A stretch of 64,000 nt of DNA from a plasmid: sequence record NZ_CP072340.1; one strand, 5' to 3'. How positions within the stretch are numbered: the stretch's first letter is position 1; every line of letters starts with the position of its first letter. Made by a program: the position numbers and the translations under genes. The notes beneath the pieces are model-generated. The model worked only from the letters and a program-made list of their open reading frames with translations, searched no databases and was not told where the DNA came from. Of this stretch, positions 51,725 through 59,726 are shown piece by piece.

Positions 51725-51770
51725 TCCTGCGGATGGAGAGAAGAATCTCCACCGCAGGATTTTTCTTTTT
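51725..51770 (+). terminator. Rho-independent terminator (stem of about 13 bp, TCCTGCGGATGGAGA / TCTCCACCGCAGGA, plus TTTTTCTTTTT).
   Basis: Read directly. A long GC-rich hairpin with a single bulge is followed by a U-run, downstream of the DUF1896-like gene. Confidence 0.7.
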
Positions 51771-51967
51771 CAAGGTGGTATTGCCATTTTCAATAGCCAT
51801 GCGGTCGTATTCATCTCTCCCAACCTTGCAGAGCAGGGCTGCCGTAGAGAGTATAGGCACGACAAGAATACGGCATACTCAGGCTCTTTGGACGCAAGGC
51901 GTAACAACCAACAACAGATAGGACTGACGATAATACGGACAATCTGTTGTTTGTACAATTTGTTGTC

Positions 51968-52080
51968 ATGACTATCTATTGTCAAAACTATATATCGTCA
52001 AAATAATCTATCGATAAAACTATCTATCGACACTTCGACATCTCGATTTGTCGAACTATCGAATTATCGATAAAACAACA
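51968..52080. repeat. Iteron-like array of ATCGA(T)-core short repeats (TATCGATAAAAC twice, TATCGACAC, ATCTCGATT, TATCGAATTATCGATAAAAC).
   Basis: Read directly. There are at least six ATCGA cores in about 110 bp. TATCGATAAAAC is an exact 12-mer at 52003 and 52062. It lies in the intergenic region upstream of the Xis-like genes of the nested element. Confidence 0.55.
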
Positions 52081-52303
52081 AAATAATAAAAGGAACGAGC
52101 CGGCACCTCATCTCATTACCGCAATAACACAGATGGATCTCCTTTGGTCTTTTCTCTTGTTTTCTCTCTATTTCCCTGCTTATCCTCATTTCTTGCAGCG
52201 GTGCTTCCGAGGGTTTACTTTTGCACTTGATAAGTACGGCAATGGACTGCATAACAGTTTGTTTGCCGAGTAACAATAAAGTAATCAAAACAAAATTAAG
52301 GCA

Positions 52304-52573
52304 ATGAAACTCATTATCATCGACCGCAAAGCGTGGGAGCGACACCACTCCGAATTTGCAGACTTTATCCACAGTATCGAACAACTCATCGGCAATCCGC
52401 CCGAAACGGACGAATGGCTTGACAACGAAGCCGTGTGCAAGCGTTTGGGCATCAGCAAACGTACCCTGCAATCATACAGAGATACGGGGAAAATCCCTTT
52501 CTCAATGATTGGACACAAGTGCTATTACAAGGAGAGCGACATCACGGAGTTACTGAACGCAAACAATGAATGA
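52304..52573 (+). CDS. Xis-like HTH_17 DNA-binding protein.
   Basis: LDNEAVCKRLGISKRTLQSYRDTGKIPFSMIGHKCYYKESDI is an HTH_17 excisionase-type motif. 89 aa. Confidence 0.65.
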   Translation: MKLIIIDRKAWERHHSEFADFIHSIEQLIGNPPETDEWLDNEAVCKRLGISKRTLQSYRDTGKIPFSMIGHKCYYKESDITELLNANNE

Positions 52574-52576
52574 ACT

Positions 52577-52891
52577 ATGACAGAGAACGAAATCATTACA
52601 CAGCAAGCCCCTCAGATGCAGATGTTTGCACAACTGATGGAGGGCATCTTAAAGAAACTGGAGCGTTATTGCGCTACCGCCCGTCCGATGCTGGGCGGAG
52701 AGGTTTACCTCACTGGCGAGGAGGTTTGCAGCCAATTACGGCTCAGCACACGCACGCTCCAAGAGTACAGAAACTTAGGAACACTTCCTTTCTACAAAAT
52801 CGGAGGGAAGATACTTTACAAACAGAGCGACATACAAACAATGCTTGAAAGGCATTATAACGCAATACCCAAGAAATTATGGCAAGAATAG
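52577..52891 (+). CDS. Xis-like HTH_17 DNA-binding protein (second copy).
   Basis: LTGEEVCSQLRLSTRTLQEYRNLGTLPFYKIGGKILYKQSDI is a paralogous HTH_17 motif. 104 aa. Confidence 0.65.
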   Translation: MTENEIITQQAPQMQMFAQLMEGILKKLERYCATARPMLGGEVYLTGEEVCSQLRLSTRTLQEYRNLGTLPFYKIGGKILYKQSDIQTMLERHYNAIPKKLWQE

Positions 52892-53385
52892 ATGAACAAA
52901 GGAAACAGCGTCTGGAACAAGCCCTTCGAGATATGGGCAATTATGGCGTTAAGCTCCGCAAGCCAGAAGAGTTGCCCGATTTTGATCAGCCCATAGATTA
53001 TGAAGAGGAAAAGAAAAGATTTGAGCCTGTTAAAGTTGAGGAACAAAATGACAAGGAGAGTCACAAGGACTATTCTCAACCGTCCAATCAAGAAACAGAG
53101 TTGTCACCAAAGGAAAGGGCTACTTCTACTGAAGAGAATCATCAACGAATGGGAAAAACAAGGGACAGGAAGCAATTATCCGAGTTTCAGGGGAAATATC
53201 TCCAGCCCTTTCGCAACAGCCACCGCAAAGCCGTGTATGTATCAGAGGAAACTCAACGAAAGTTGGACTTCGTGGTGAGGAAAATCGGTGAGCAGGGAGC
53301 AAGCGTTTCAGGATATGTGGAGCAGGTGCTTCGAGAACATCTCGACCAATACAAAGATGATGTGGAAAGATGGCGGAAACTCTGA
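52879..53385 (+). CDS. DUF3408-like conjugative-element protein with a C-terminal ribbon-helix-helix-like segment.
   Basis: 168 aa with a charged low-complexity middle region. C-terminus AVYVSEETQRKLDFVVRKIGEQGASVSGYVEQVLREHL is RHH-like. Confidence 0.45.
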   Translation: MARIDEQRKQRLEQALRDMGNYGVKLRKPEELPDFDQPIDYEEEKKRFEPVKVEEQNDKESHKDYSQPSNQETELSPKERATSTEENHQRMGKTRDRKQLSEFQGKYLQPFRNSHRKAVYVSEETQRKLDFVVRKIGEQGASVSGYVEQVLREHLDQYKDDVERWRKL

Positions 53386-53487
53386 AGTACTGCATTCCTC
53401 GAATGCAAGCCTACGCCGAGTTACTGTATTCAGTGAATGCAGTAACACGGCATGGGCTTATAATCCCATTTTCTACATCAGCAAGGT

Positions 53488-54021
53488 GTGTCTTTGTCCG
53501 ACAAACTACCGTTTGTCCCACAAAAACCCTTGCCCCGAAGGGGATTAAATCACTCCAAAGTCGTGATTAGACAACAAACAAAACAAGTTAAGATTATGCC
53601 TAAATTAGAAATAGCCAACAACAACCGCTACGGTCATCGTAGGATAGAAGAAGTGCCACGCTGGGACAGATGGGACACCCGTATGCCAGATGTGAAAGAC
53701 CAACTGCGAGCCATCGACCTGTACAACAAGTCGGGGGCAGTGAGCAAGTCCGATTTCGTTCGTGCCCGTATCCTTGGAGAGAGATTCAAGGTGATAATGG
53801 TGGATAAGTCCGCAGTTGAGTATTACCGCAAGCTCTCTGAACTCACAGCCCAAGTACATAAGATTGGCATAAACTATAATCAAGTCGTCCGCTTGATGCA
53901 CCTTTATACGGCAGAGAAAAGTGTAAAAGCTTTGTTGCAGGAACTTATCCAACTAACAAAAGAACTCACTACCTTCCAAGAGAAAGCAGTGAGTTTAACC
54001 ATTGACTATCGGGAGAGATAA
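53488..54021 (+). CDS. MobC-family relaxosome accessory (mobilization) protein.
   Basis: The conserved MobC-family motif KIGINYNQVVRLMH corresponds to the G.N.NQ.AR.LN consensus. The probable start is the Met at 53596 (MPKLEIANN...). No relaxase gene follows. Confidence 0.55.
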   Translation: MSLSDKLPFVPQKPLPRRGLNHSKVVIRQQTKQVKIMPKLEIANNNRYGHRRIEEVPRWDRWDTRMPDVKDQLRAIDLYNKSGAVSKSDFVRARILGERFKVIMVDKSAVEYYRKLSELTAQVHKIGINYNQVVRLMHLYTAEKSVKALLQELIQLTKELTTFQEKAVSLTIDYRER

Positions 54022-54037
54022 GGAATGTGCGATGGAA

Positions 54038-54523
54038 TTATATTCCCCCAAGCATTTTTTGCAGCAGATTGCCCGATGTTCGTGTTATTTGGAAGTCTAT
54101 GGTTTGGTTTTCTACTGTTTTTATGTCGGCTGGCTTGAAACGACAAAGGGCTTCCTGACGCTCCAATGTGTCACGGACGGAAGAAAGGTCCTGTATCTGC
54201 CCTGCAAACGTTCCATAGGGAGATTGCAGATAAATCATTTGTCTGTTTACATTGTCGGGGCGTTTATTCTCGAACTTTAATAAGATGGTTATATCTGTGC
54301 TGTCCGCTGGTGTTGCGGTTGTTGCTCCGTGTACGGTAGCCGTTCCCGAATACACTTGTTTATAAGGCAGGAAATAGGCTACGGCTAACAGACAAAGCAA
54401 AACAGCTCCTATGGCAGTAATACCATAACGAACGAGAGATGAGGGTATCTGCCCCACGATGCTGCGTACTTTCTCGCTGCGGAGCTCAAAACTCCGTTCC
54501 TGTTTCTTTTCCTGGTTTTCCAT
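54038..54523 (-). CDS. HlyD-family membrane-fusion/adaptor protein, N-terminal 161-aa fragment (apparently truncated).
   Basis: A cytoplasmic charged N-terminus, one TM (YGITAIGAVLLCLLAVAYFL), then the start of the periplasmic domain. Full-length partners of C39 ABC exporters are about 400 aa or longer. Its start overlaps the ABC gene's stop. Confidence 0.45.
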   Translation of the reverse strand: MENQEKKQERSFELRSEKVRSIVGQIPSSLVRYGITAIGAVLLCLLAVAYFLPYKQVYSGTATVHGATTATPADSTDITILLKFENKRPDNVNRQMIYLQSPYGTFAGQIQDLSSVRDTLERQEALCRFKPADIKTVENQTIDFQITRTSGNLLQKMLGGI

Positions 54524-54524
54524 A

Positions 54525-56738
54525 TCAGTTACCCAATTCTAATTGATTCTTCACTAAGGCAAAATATTTACCACGTTTAGCAGTCAGATCCTCGTGTGTA
54601 CCTACCTCTACAATTTTACCTTCATCCAAAACTACAATTTGGTCGGCATCGCGAACAGTGGAAAGGCGGTGTGCCACTACTACAACTGTTTTTCCCTTGT
54701 AGAACTCCGAGAGGTTTTCTGTAATGGCTCGTTCATTGTTGGCATCGAGGGCATTGGTCGCTTCATCCAGAAAGACAAACATTGGATTCTTATAGACTAC
54801 CCTTGCTATCAAAATGCGTTGTCGTTGTCCCTGACTGATGCCCTGTCCGTCCTGTCCTATCATCGTGTTGTAAGCCAAAGGCAGGGCTTCGATGTAGTCA
54901 GCGATGTTTGCCACACGGGCAGCATGGCGGATACGTTCGATGTCGGGTTCATCATCCGATATGGCAATATTCCTCGCAATGGTATCGGAGAAGAGATACC
55001 CCTCCTGCATTACCGCACCGCATTGGCTTCGCCACCAGCCGAGATTATATTCATTCAGATTGGCACTGCCGACTTGAACGCTTCCTTTCAGAGGTTCATA
55101 GAACCCCAACAAGAGTTTAACGAGTGTGGTCTTTCCGCTTCCACTCGCCCCCACGATTGCGGTTACTTTGCCGTTAGGTATGGAGAGATTGATGTCTGAG
55201 AGAATATCTTTTGGGCTGTAGATGTCGTATTTGAAAGAGAGGTCTTTTATCTTGAGGGAATGTCCCTCAAGTGTTTCGTCAATGTAGGCATTCCGTGTTC
55301 TTTTCGCATTCTCCTCGTTAGTCTCTGTATGAATTTCGTTCATACGGTCAAGGCTGATGCTCACGTCTTGCCAAGAATAGATAAACTGAATGAGCTGTTC
55401 CACGGGGCTGTTGAGCTGTCCAATGATGTACTGCACTGCCAGCATCATACCAAGCGTCATATTGCCTTGTATGACAGAAGTTGCAGCAAAAACGGTAATC
55501 AAGATATTTTTTATCTCGTTGATGGTGATGCTTCCTGCCTGTTGTATTTGCTGAAGATTAAGACTTTGCAGATTGACCTTGAAAAGGTCGGCTTGCACGT
55601 CCTCCCATTCCCAACGCTTGCGCTGCTCACATCCCTGCAACTTGATTTCCTGCATACCACCTATGAGTTGGTAGGTAACGTTGCGGTTTCGCCCTGCCTG
55701 CTCGAAATATTTGTAGTCCAACTGCCTGCGCTTTTTGAGAAAAAGGATAATCCATCCGGCATAAAGCGATGTCCCCGAGAGGAATACAAGGAAGATGCCA
55801 AGATTATAGACTGCAAGGACGACACCGAAGACAAGGAAGGTGAAGAACGAGAATAGCAGGCTCAGACTGCTTGAGGTGAGGAACTGCTCCACACGTCGGT
55901 GGTCTTCAATACGTTGCAAGAGGTCGCCCATCAGTTTGGTGTCGAAGAACTTCATCGGTAGTTTCATCAATTTGATGAAGAAATCCGAGATGAGCGAGAT
56001 ATTGATACGTGTGGAGATGTGCAGGAGTATTTTGGAGCGGATAAAGTCGATGGCGGTACGGCTGAAAAGTAGCATCATTTCTGCCAAGAGCACTAACCAT
56101 ACAAAGCCTATATCCTTTCCTCCTATACCTGTATCAACGATGGCTTGAGTGAGGAAGGGGAAAATGAGTTGCAGGAGCGAGCCGAGCAACAGACCGAGAA
56201 TGAGTTGCGTAAAGAATCTCTTGTACTTTTTGAGATAGTTCCAAAGGAACTTCGCGCGGCTTTGAGTCGGTGCTGTTTCTGTATCGTTTTGAGCATAGAA
56301 CTGTTCTGTCGGTTCAAGAAGAAGGGCGACACCTTTCTCCTCACCGTTGGTCTTAGTACTTACCCAATGCTCGCAGAACTCCTCTTGGGTATAGGAAACA
56401 AGTCCTTTGCCAGGGTCGGCAACATATACGGTATATTTTCCTTTTTTGTGCTTTTTTATTTTATAGACAACAACAAAATGATTTTGATTCCAATGAACAA
56501 TGCAGGGCAAAGGAACTTCAAATGCAAGTGTATCAAAACTTAATCGACCTCCAACAGTCTTGAAACCGATAGTTTCTGCAGCCTTACTGATACCAAGCAA
56601 AGAAACTCCCTCTCGATTTAATGAACAAACTGTTCTAATTGAATCAATATTAAAATCGCGACCATAATGCTTAACTATCATTGCTAAGCAAGAAGGTCCA
56701 CAATCTTTTGCGTCACGTTGTCTAACTAAGGTGTACAT
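54525..56738 (-). CDS. Peptidase C39-domain ABC transporter (double-glycine-leader peptide cleavage/export, SunT/LagD-type).
   Basis: N-terminal C39 peptidase with active-site Cys (QRDAKDCGPSCLAMIVKHYG) and His region (HFVVVYKI). Six-TM ABC exporter domain. Walker A GASGSGKTTL, signature ISQGQRQRILIARV, Walker B MFVFLDEATNALD. Confidence 0.9.
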   Translation of the reverse strand: MYTLVRQRDAKDCGPSCLAMIVKHYGRDFNIDSIRTVCSLNREGVSLLGISKAAETIGFKTVGGRLSFDTLAFEVPLPCIVHWNQNHFVVVYKIKKHKKGKYTVYVADPGKGLVSYTQEEFCEHWVSTKTNGEEKGVALLLEPTEQFYAQNDTETAPTQSRAKFLWNYLKKYKRFFTQLILGLLLGSLLQLIFPFLTQAIVDTGIGGKDIGFVWLVLLAEMMLLFSRTAIDFIRSKILLHISTRINISLISDFFIKLMKLPMKFFDTKLMGDLLQRIEDHRRVEQFLTSSSLSLLFSFFTFLVFGVVLAVYNLGIFLVFLSGTSLYAGWIILFLKKRRQLDYKYFEQAGRNRNVTYQLIGGMQEIKLQGCEQRKRWEWEDVQADLFKVNLQSLNLQQIQQAGSITINEIKNILITVFAATSVIQGNMTLGMMLAVQYIIGQLNSPVEQLIQFIYSWQDVSISLDRMNEIHTETNEENAKRTRNAYIDETLEGHSLKIKDLSFKYDIYSPKDILSDINLSIPNGKVTAIVGASGSGKTTLVKLLLGFYEPLKGSVQVGSANLNEYNLGWWRSQCGAVMQEGYLFSDTIARNIAISDDEPDIERIRHAARVANIADYIEALPLAYNTMIGQDGQGISQGQRQRILIARVVYKNPMFVFLDEATNALDANNERAITENLSEFYKGKTVVVVAHRLSTVRDADQIVVLDEGKIVEVGTHEDLTAKRGKYFALVKNQLELGN

Positions 56739-56804
56739 TTATGATATATAAAACTATACTAAAAATACTATACTAAAGTAAATATTAAATTTGCAAAAAT
56801 ATTA

Positions 56805-59141
56805 TCACTGCAAATTCAATCGTTTCTGATTGCTTTCATTGGTGTTCAATCTTCTAAATGTATCCTTAAATCCATTGAATGTATATTTAATGGTCAGTAA
56901 AAGAAAGCGACTATCGAAATCAGGAGTTGTTTGTACTTTGATATTATCTATGAATACATTTGTTTTTGATATAGATTTATGTAATAAATCGTTACCTCTC
57001 AAGATAATTTGTAAACGATTATCTTTGAAGAAATTTTGCCGTATCCAAAAAGATAAACCATACTTAGGTGATTCCAATACTCCCAAGAAACCATTTTTTG
57101 AAGAGTAAGATAAATCTATAGACGCCATCATTTGCTTAGTAATGTCAAATTGATTGACCAAGGTAAATGCAATATTTGGATTTCTAGGTGCATAAGTATC
57201 TAAGTATTTAATTTTTGTTGGAATATAACGAAATGAAGCATTATAAGCAAATCTATATATACCGAATTTATCTGAATAACTTGCATTAAACAACCATGTA
57301 TTGTAATCTACATTGACGGGAGAATTCAATAGAGCTCCATTTAATTCAGAATTTTCGGTGAACTTCCACAAAACAGCATTAGCGTCATGTATGTATCTTC
57401 CCTGTAAGACAAATTTATTCTTCCATACCATAGATAAGGAATAAATGTATCTATCATTAGATTTAAGAGATGAATTACCTTTTTCATATAAATAAGGATT
57501 TATATAATGCAAAAGAGGGGAAATATCCCTAAACATTGGTCGTGAATTCTGAGTAATAATACTTCCAATGAATAGCAAATCGGGATTTATCTGCCATTGG
57601 GCTGTTATACGAGGAAAGAGTTTAAAGTATGTATCAGTAATACTATTTGTTTTATTTTGCTCATATTCAGAATGAAAAATGCTTCCTCTAACCCCTGCGG
57701 TGATAAAGAGTTTATTCCATTTTTGATTTATAGTTGCAAATAAACTGAGTTCATCATCTTGAAGATTACTCGTTATATTATAGAATGGAGTCGTAGTATT
57801 CTCAAAAATGTAATTTGAATAGCCTTTGTTCAGAATAGAATTTCCTTGAAAGCCCATATTTAGAGAGAAACCCTTTTTCGAGTTGTAGTCGTACTCTATC
57901 TTTGTATTAAATGCGTTATAGTCATTTTTACCATTTATCCAAGAACGGTTTTTACTGTTTGATACTAAATCTATCTCTGATTTTGTTTTAGCGTAGAAAT
58001 AACCGCCAGAAACAGATAGTTGTTGCTTATCTGTCATTGTATAATTTACCAACAAATCGGCATTGGCAGAAATATTACGACTTCTTTCATCTTGATGAGT
58101 GTTGGAATATAGTGTATTCAGACCATATTCATAGTTATACTCATCTCCTTGGGTATTCGCTTTCTTATTGGAGATATTTATATCACCCTGAAATGTTATA
58201 TTAAATTTTTGATTGGGTCTGTAACTGAAACTTTCGACAATATGGTGAGCAGGCTTGGAAAGAATTTCATTATTGTAAGAGATGGAAGACCGTTCCGTTT
58301 TCCCTTTAGGGCTTAATACATCGTATTGATTGGTACCTGTGTTATCTTCATTGAGGTATGAAAAATTATAAGACAATAAATTATCCCATTTCTTTTTTGA
58401 TAAAGAAATTCTCAATACATCCTCTTCTGTATACCGCCGTCCGAACAAAGAATTATGTTCCACCTGAGCAGAAAAGTAATCTGTTAATTGTTGGTTTGTT
58501 GTAATAGAAATAATACAACCATATTGAGCCGAATATTTAGCTGGTGGATAGTAATTAACATTTACCGTTTTTATTTGTTCAGGACGGAGCGTACCGATTC
58601 TATCGTATGATTTTTGTTCTACTCCATTCAATATATACAAAGGTGTGCCTCCTGATATAGGTACAACTCTTCCACCGGTCGCCAACATTCCTGGAAGAAA
58701 AGCAAGAACATCTGCAACTTCGGGTAATTTTTTTAACTCTGATTTTGAGACGTCTATTTCAAATGTTCCTTCTGAAACTTTATAGACTGCTCTTTTTCCT
58801 TTAACTATAACCTCTTGCAACGTGTTGGAATTCGGTTCTAACTGGATAACAGTTGGAAGAGGAATAGAGACTCGTGCTTGTTTATATCCCATAAATCTGA
58901 CAGCAATAAATTTACCATCAGTTCCTTCTTTGCTTATATTGAACACCCCTTTTGAATCAGTTGTTGTACTTTTTAAAATTTCTCCTTCTTCTGTAATTAA
59001 TAGTACGGTGGCATAGGGTAAAGGTTCTTGTACCTCATCAACTACGGTAGCTGATAACATCAATGTATCTTGAGGTACTATTGCTGCTTGAGATTGAAAA
59101 CTGAAAACAGAAATTAAAATTAAAATTAAAACACGAAACAT
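56805..59141 (-). CDS. Outer-membrane beta-barrel protein with an N-terminal CarbopepD_reg-like domain (TonB-dependent-receptor-like) in the peptide-export operon.
   Basis: Signal peptide MFRVLILILISVFSFQSQA. CarbopepD_reg-like fold (LSATVVDEVQEPLPYATVLLITEEGEILKSTTTDSKGVFNI). Plug-like region (ILNGVEQ...). A long beta-rich barrel ends in an aromatic residue. Its architecture parallels the 35003..37558 protein. Confidence 0.7.
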   Translation of the reverse strand: MFRVLILILISVFSFQSQAAIVPQDTLMLSATVVDEVQEPLPYATVLLITEEGEILKSTTTDSKGVFNISKEGTDGKFIAVRFMGYKQARVSIPLPTVIQLEPNSNTLQEVIVKGKRAVYKVSEGTFEIDVSKSELKKLPEVADVLAFLPGMLATGGRVVPISGGTPLYILNGVEQKSYDRIGTLRPEQIKTVNVNYYPPAKYSAQYGCIISITTNQQLTDYFSAQVEHNSLFGRRYTEEDVLRISLSKKKWDNLLSYNFSYLNEDNTGTNQYDVLSPKGKTERSSISYNNEILSKPAHHIVESFSYRPNQKFNITFQGDINISNKKANTQGDEYNYEYGLNTLYSNTHQDERSRNISANADLLVNYTMTDKQQLSVSGGYFYAKTKSEIDLVSNSKNRSWINGKNDYNAFNTKIEYDYNSKKGFSLNMGFQGNSILNKGYSNYIFENTTTPFYNITSNLQDDELSLFATINQKWNKLFITAGVRGSIFHSEYEQNKTNSITDTYFKLFPRITAQWQINPDLLFIGSIITQNSRPMFRDISPLLHYINPYLYEKGNSSLKSNDRYIYSLSMVWKNKFVLQGRYIHDANAVLWKFTENSELNGALLNSPVNVDYNTWLFNASYSDKFGIYRFAYNASFRYIPTKIKYLDTYAPRNPNIAFTLVNQFDITKQMMASIDLSYSSKNGFLGVLESPKYGLSFWIRQNFFKDNRLQIILRGNDLLHKSISKTNVFIDNIKVQTTPDFDSRFLLLTIKYTFNGFKDTFRRLNTNESNQKRLNLQ

Positions 59142-59231
59142 TACAACAAGAAAGTTATAGAGATATAAAGTTGTAAATAAAAATAAAATGTCTGACTATG
59201 AACGAAAGAGCATAGTCAGACACAGAAACTC

Positions 59232-59408
59232 TTAAGGCTTTGTTGTTACTCTGTCAATGATGACAGTCCCATCATCCTTAATCGTTGTTGTAATGGTGGT
59301 TGTTGAACCATCTGCATTGATAATGGTTTTAGTTGCAGTTACATCACCGCCACCATTGATAAAACCCATTTCGTCTTTTGAAAAGACTTCTAAAGCTAAT
59401 GCTTTCAT
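59232..59408 (-). CDS. Double-glycine-leader peptide precursor (58 aa). Leader MKALALEVFSKDEMGFINGG, then a Thr/Ile-rich 38-aa core.
   Basis: Hand-translated from the minus strand: MKALALEVFSKDEMGFINGGGDVTATKTIINADGSTTTITTTIKDDGTVIIDRVTTKP. It fits the GG-leader consensus (E/D-L..-..I.GG). It is the first gene of the operon with the C39 ABC exporter. It is under 60 aa, so the ORF track missed it. Confidence 0.65.
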   Translation of the reverse strand: MKALALEVFSKDEMGFINGGGDVTATKTIINADGSTTTITTTIKDDGTVIIDRVTTKP

Positions 59409-59726
59409 AACTAAATAGAATAAAGTTTATACTTGGCTCGGTATTCTCCGAACCGTTAATTAAAATTTGGATGTCAGAGTTTCGCACGATGTGCATATTA
59501 ACAGACATTCAATTGCAATATTACGAAAAGAAAACGAGAAAAACAAATTTTTCGCCACGTTTTTTGCGATTTCCATTATTTTGTGTCGTTTTTCATAATG
59601 AAATGACTATCTTTGCAACTATAAATTAAGTGTTCATTGAAGCATTGCAAAATAAAGAAAGGGAAAGAAACTCGCTCGTTTCCATCTCGTAACCCATTTA
59701 CCCTTTATTCATTCTTATTTTATTGA

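Noticed and set aside
51968-52080. A possible CRISPR array.
   Set aside because: The repeats are about 9 to 12 bp, irregularly spaced and overlapping, and no cas genes are present. They are iterons, not CRISPR.
52064-52471. A 135-aa minus-strand ORF.
   Set aside because: It spans the iteron-rich intergenic region and runs antisense into the Xis-like gene 52304..52573. It has no motif and is likely spurious.
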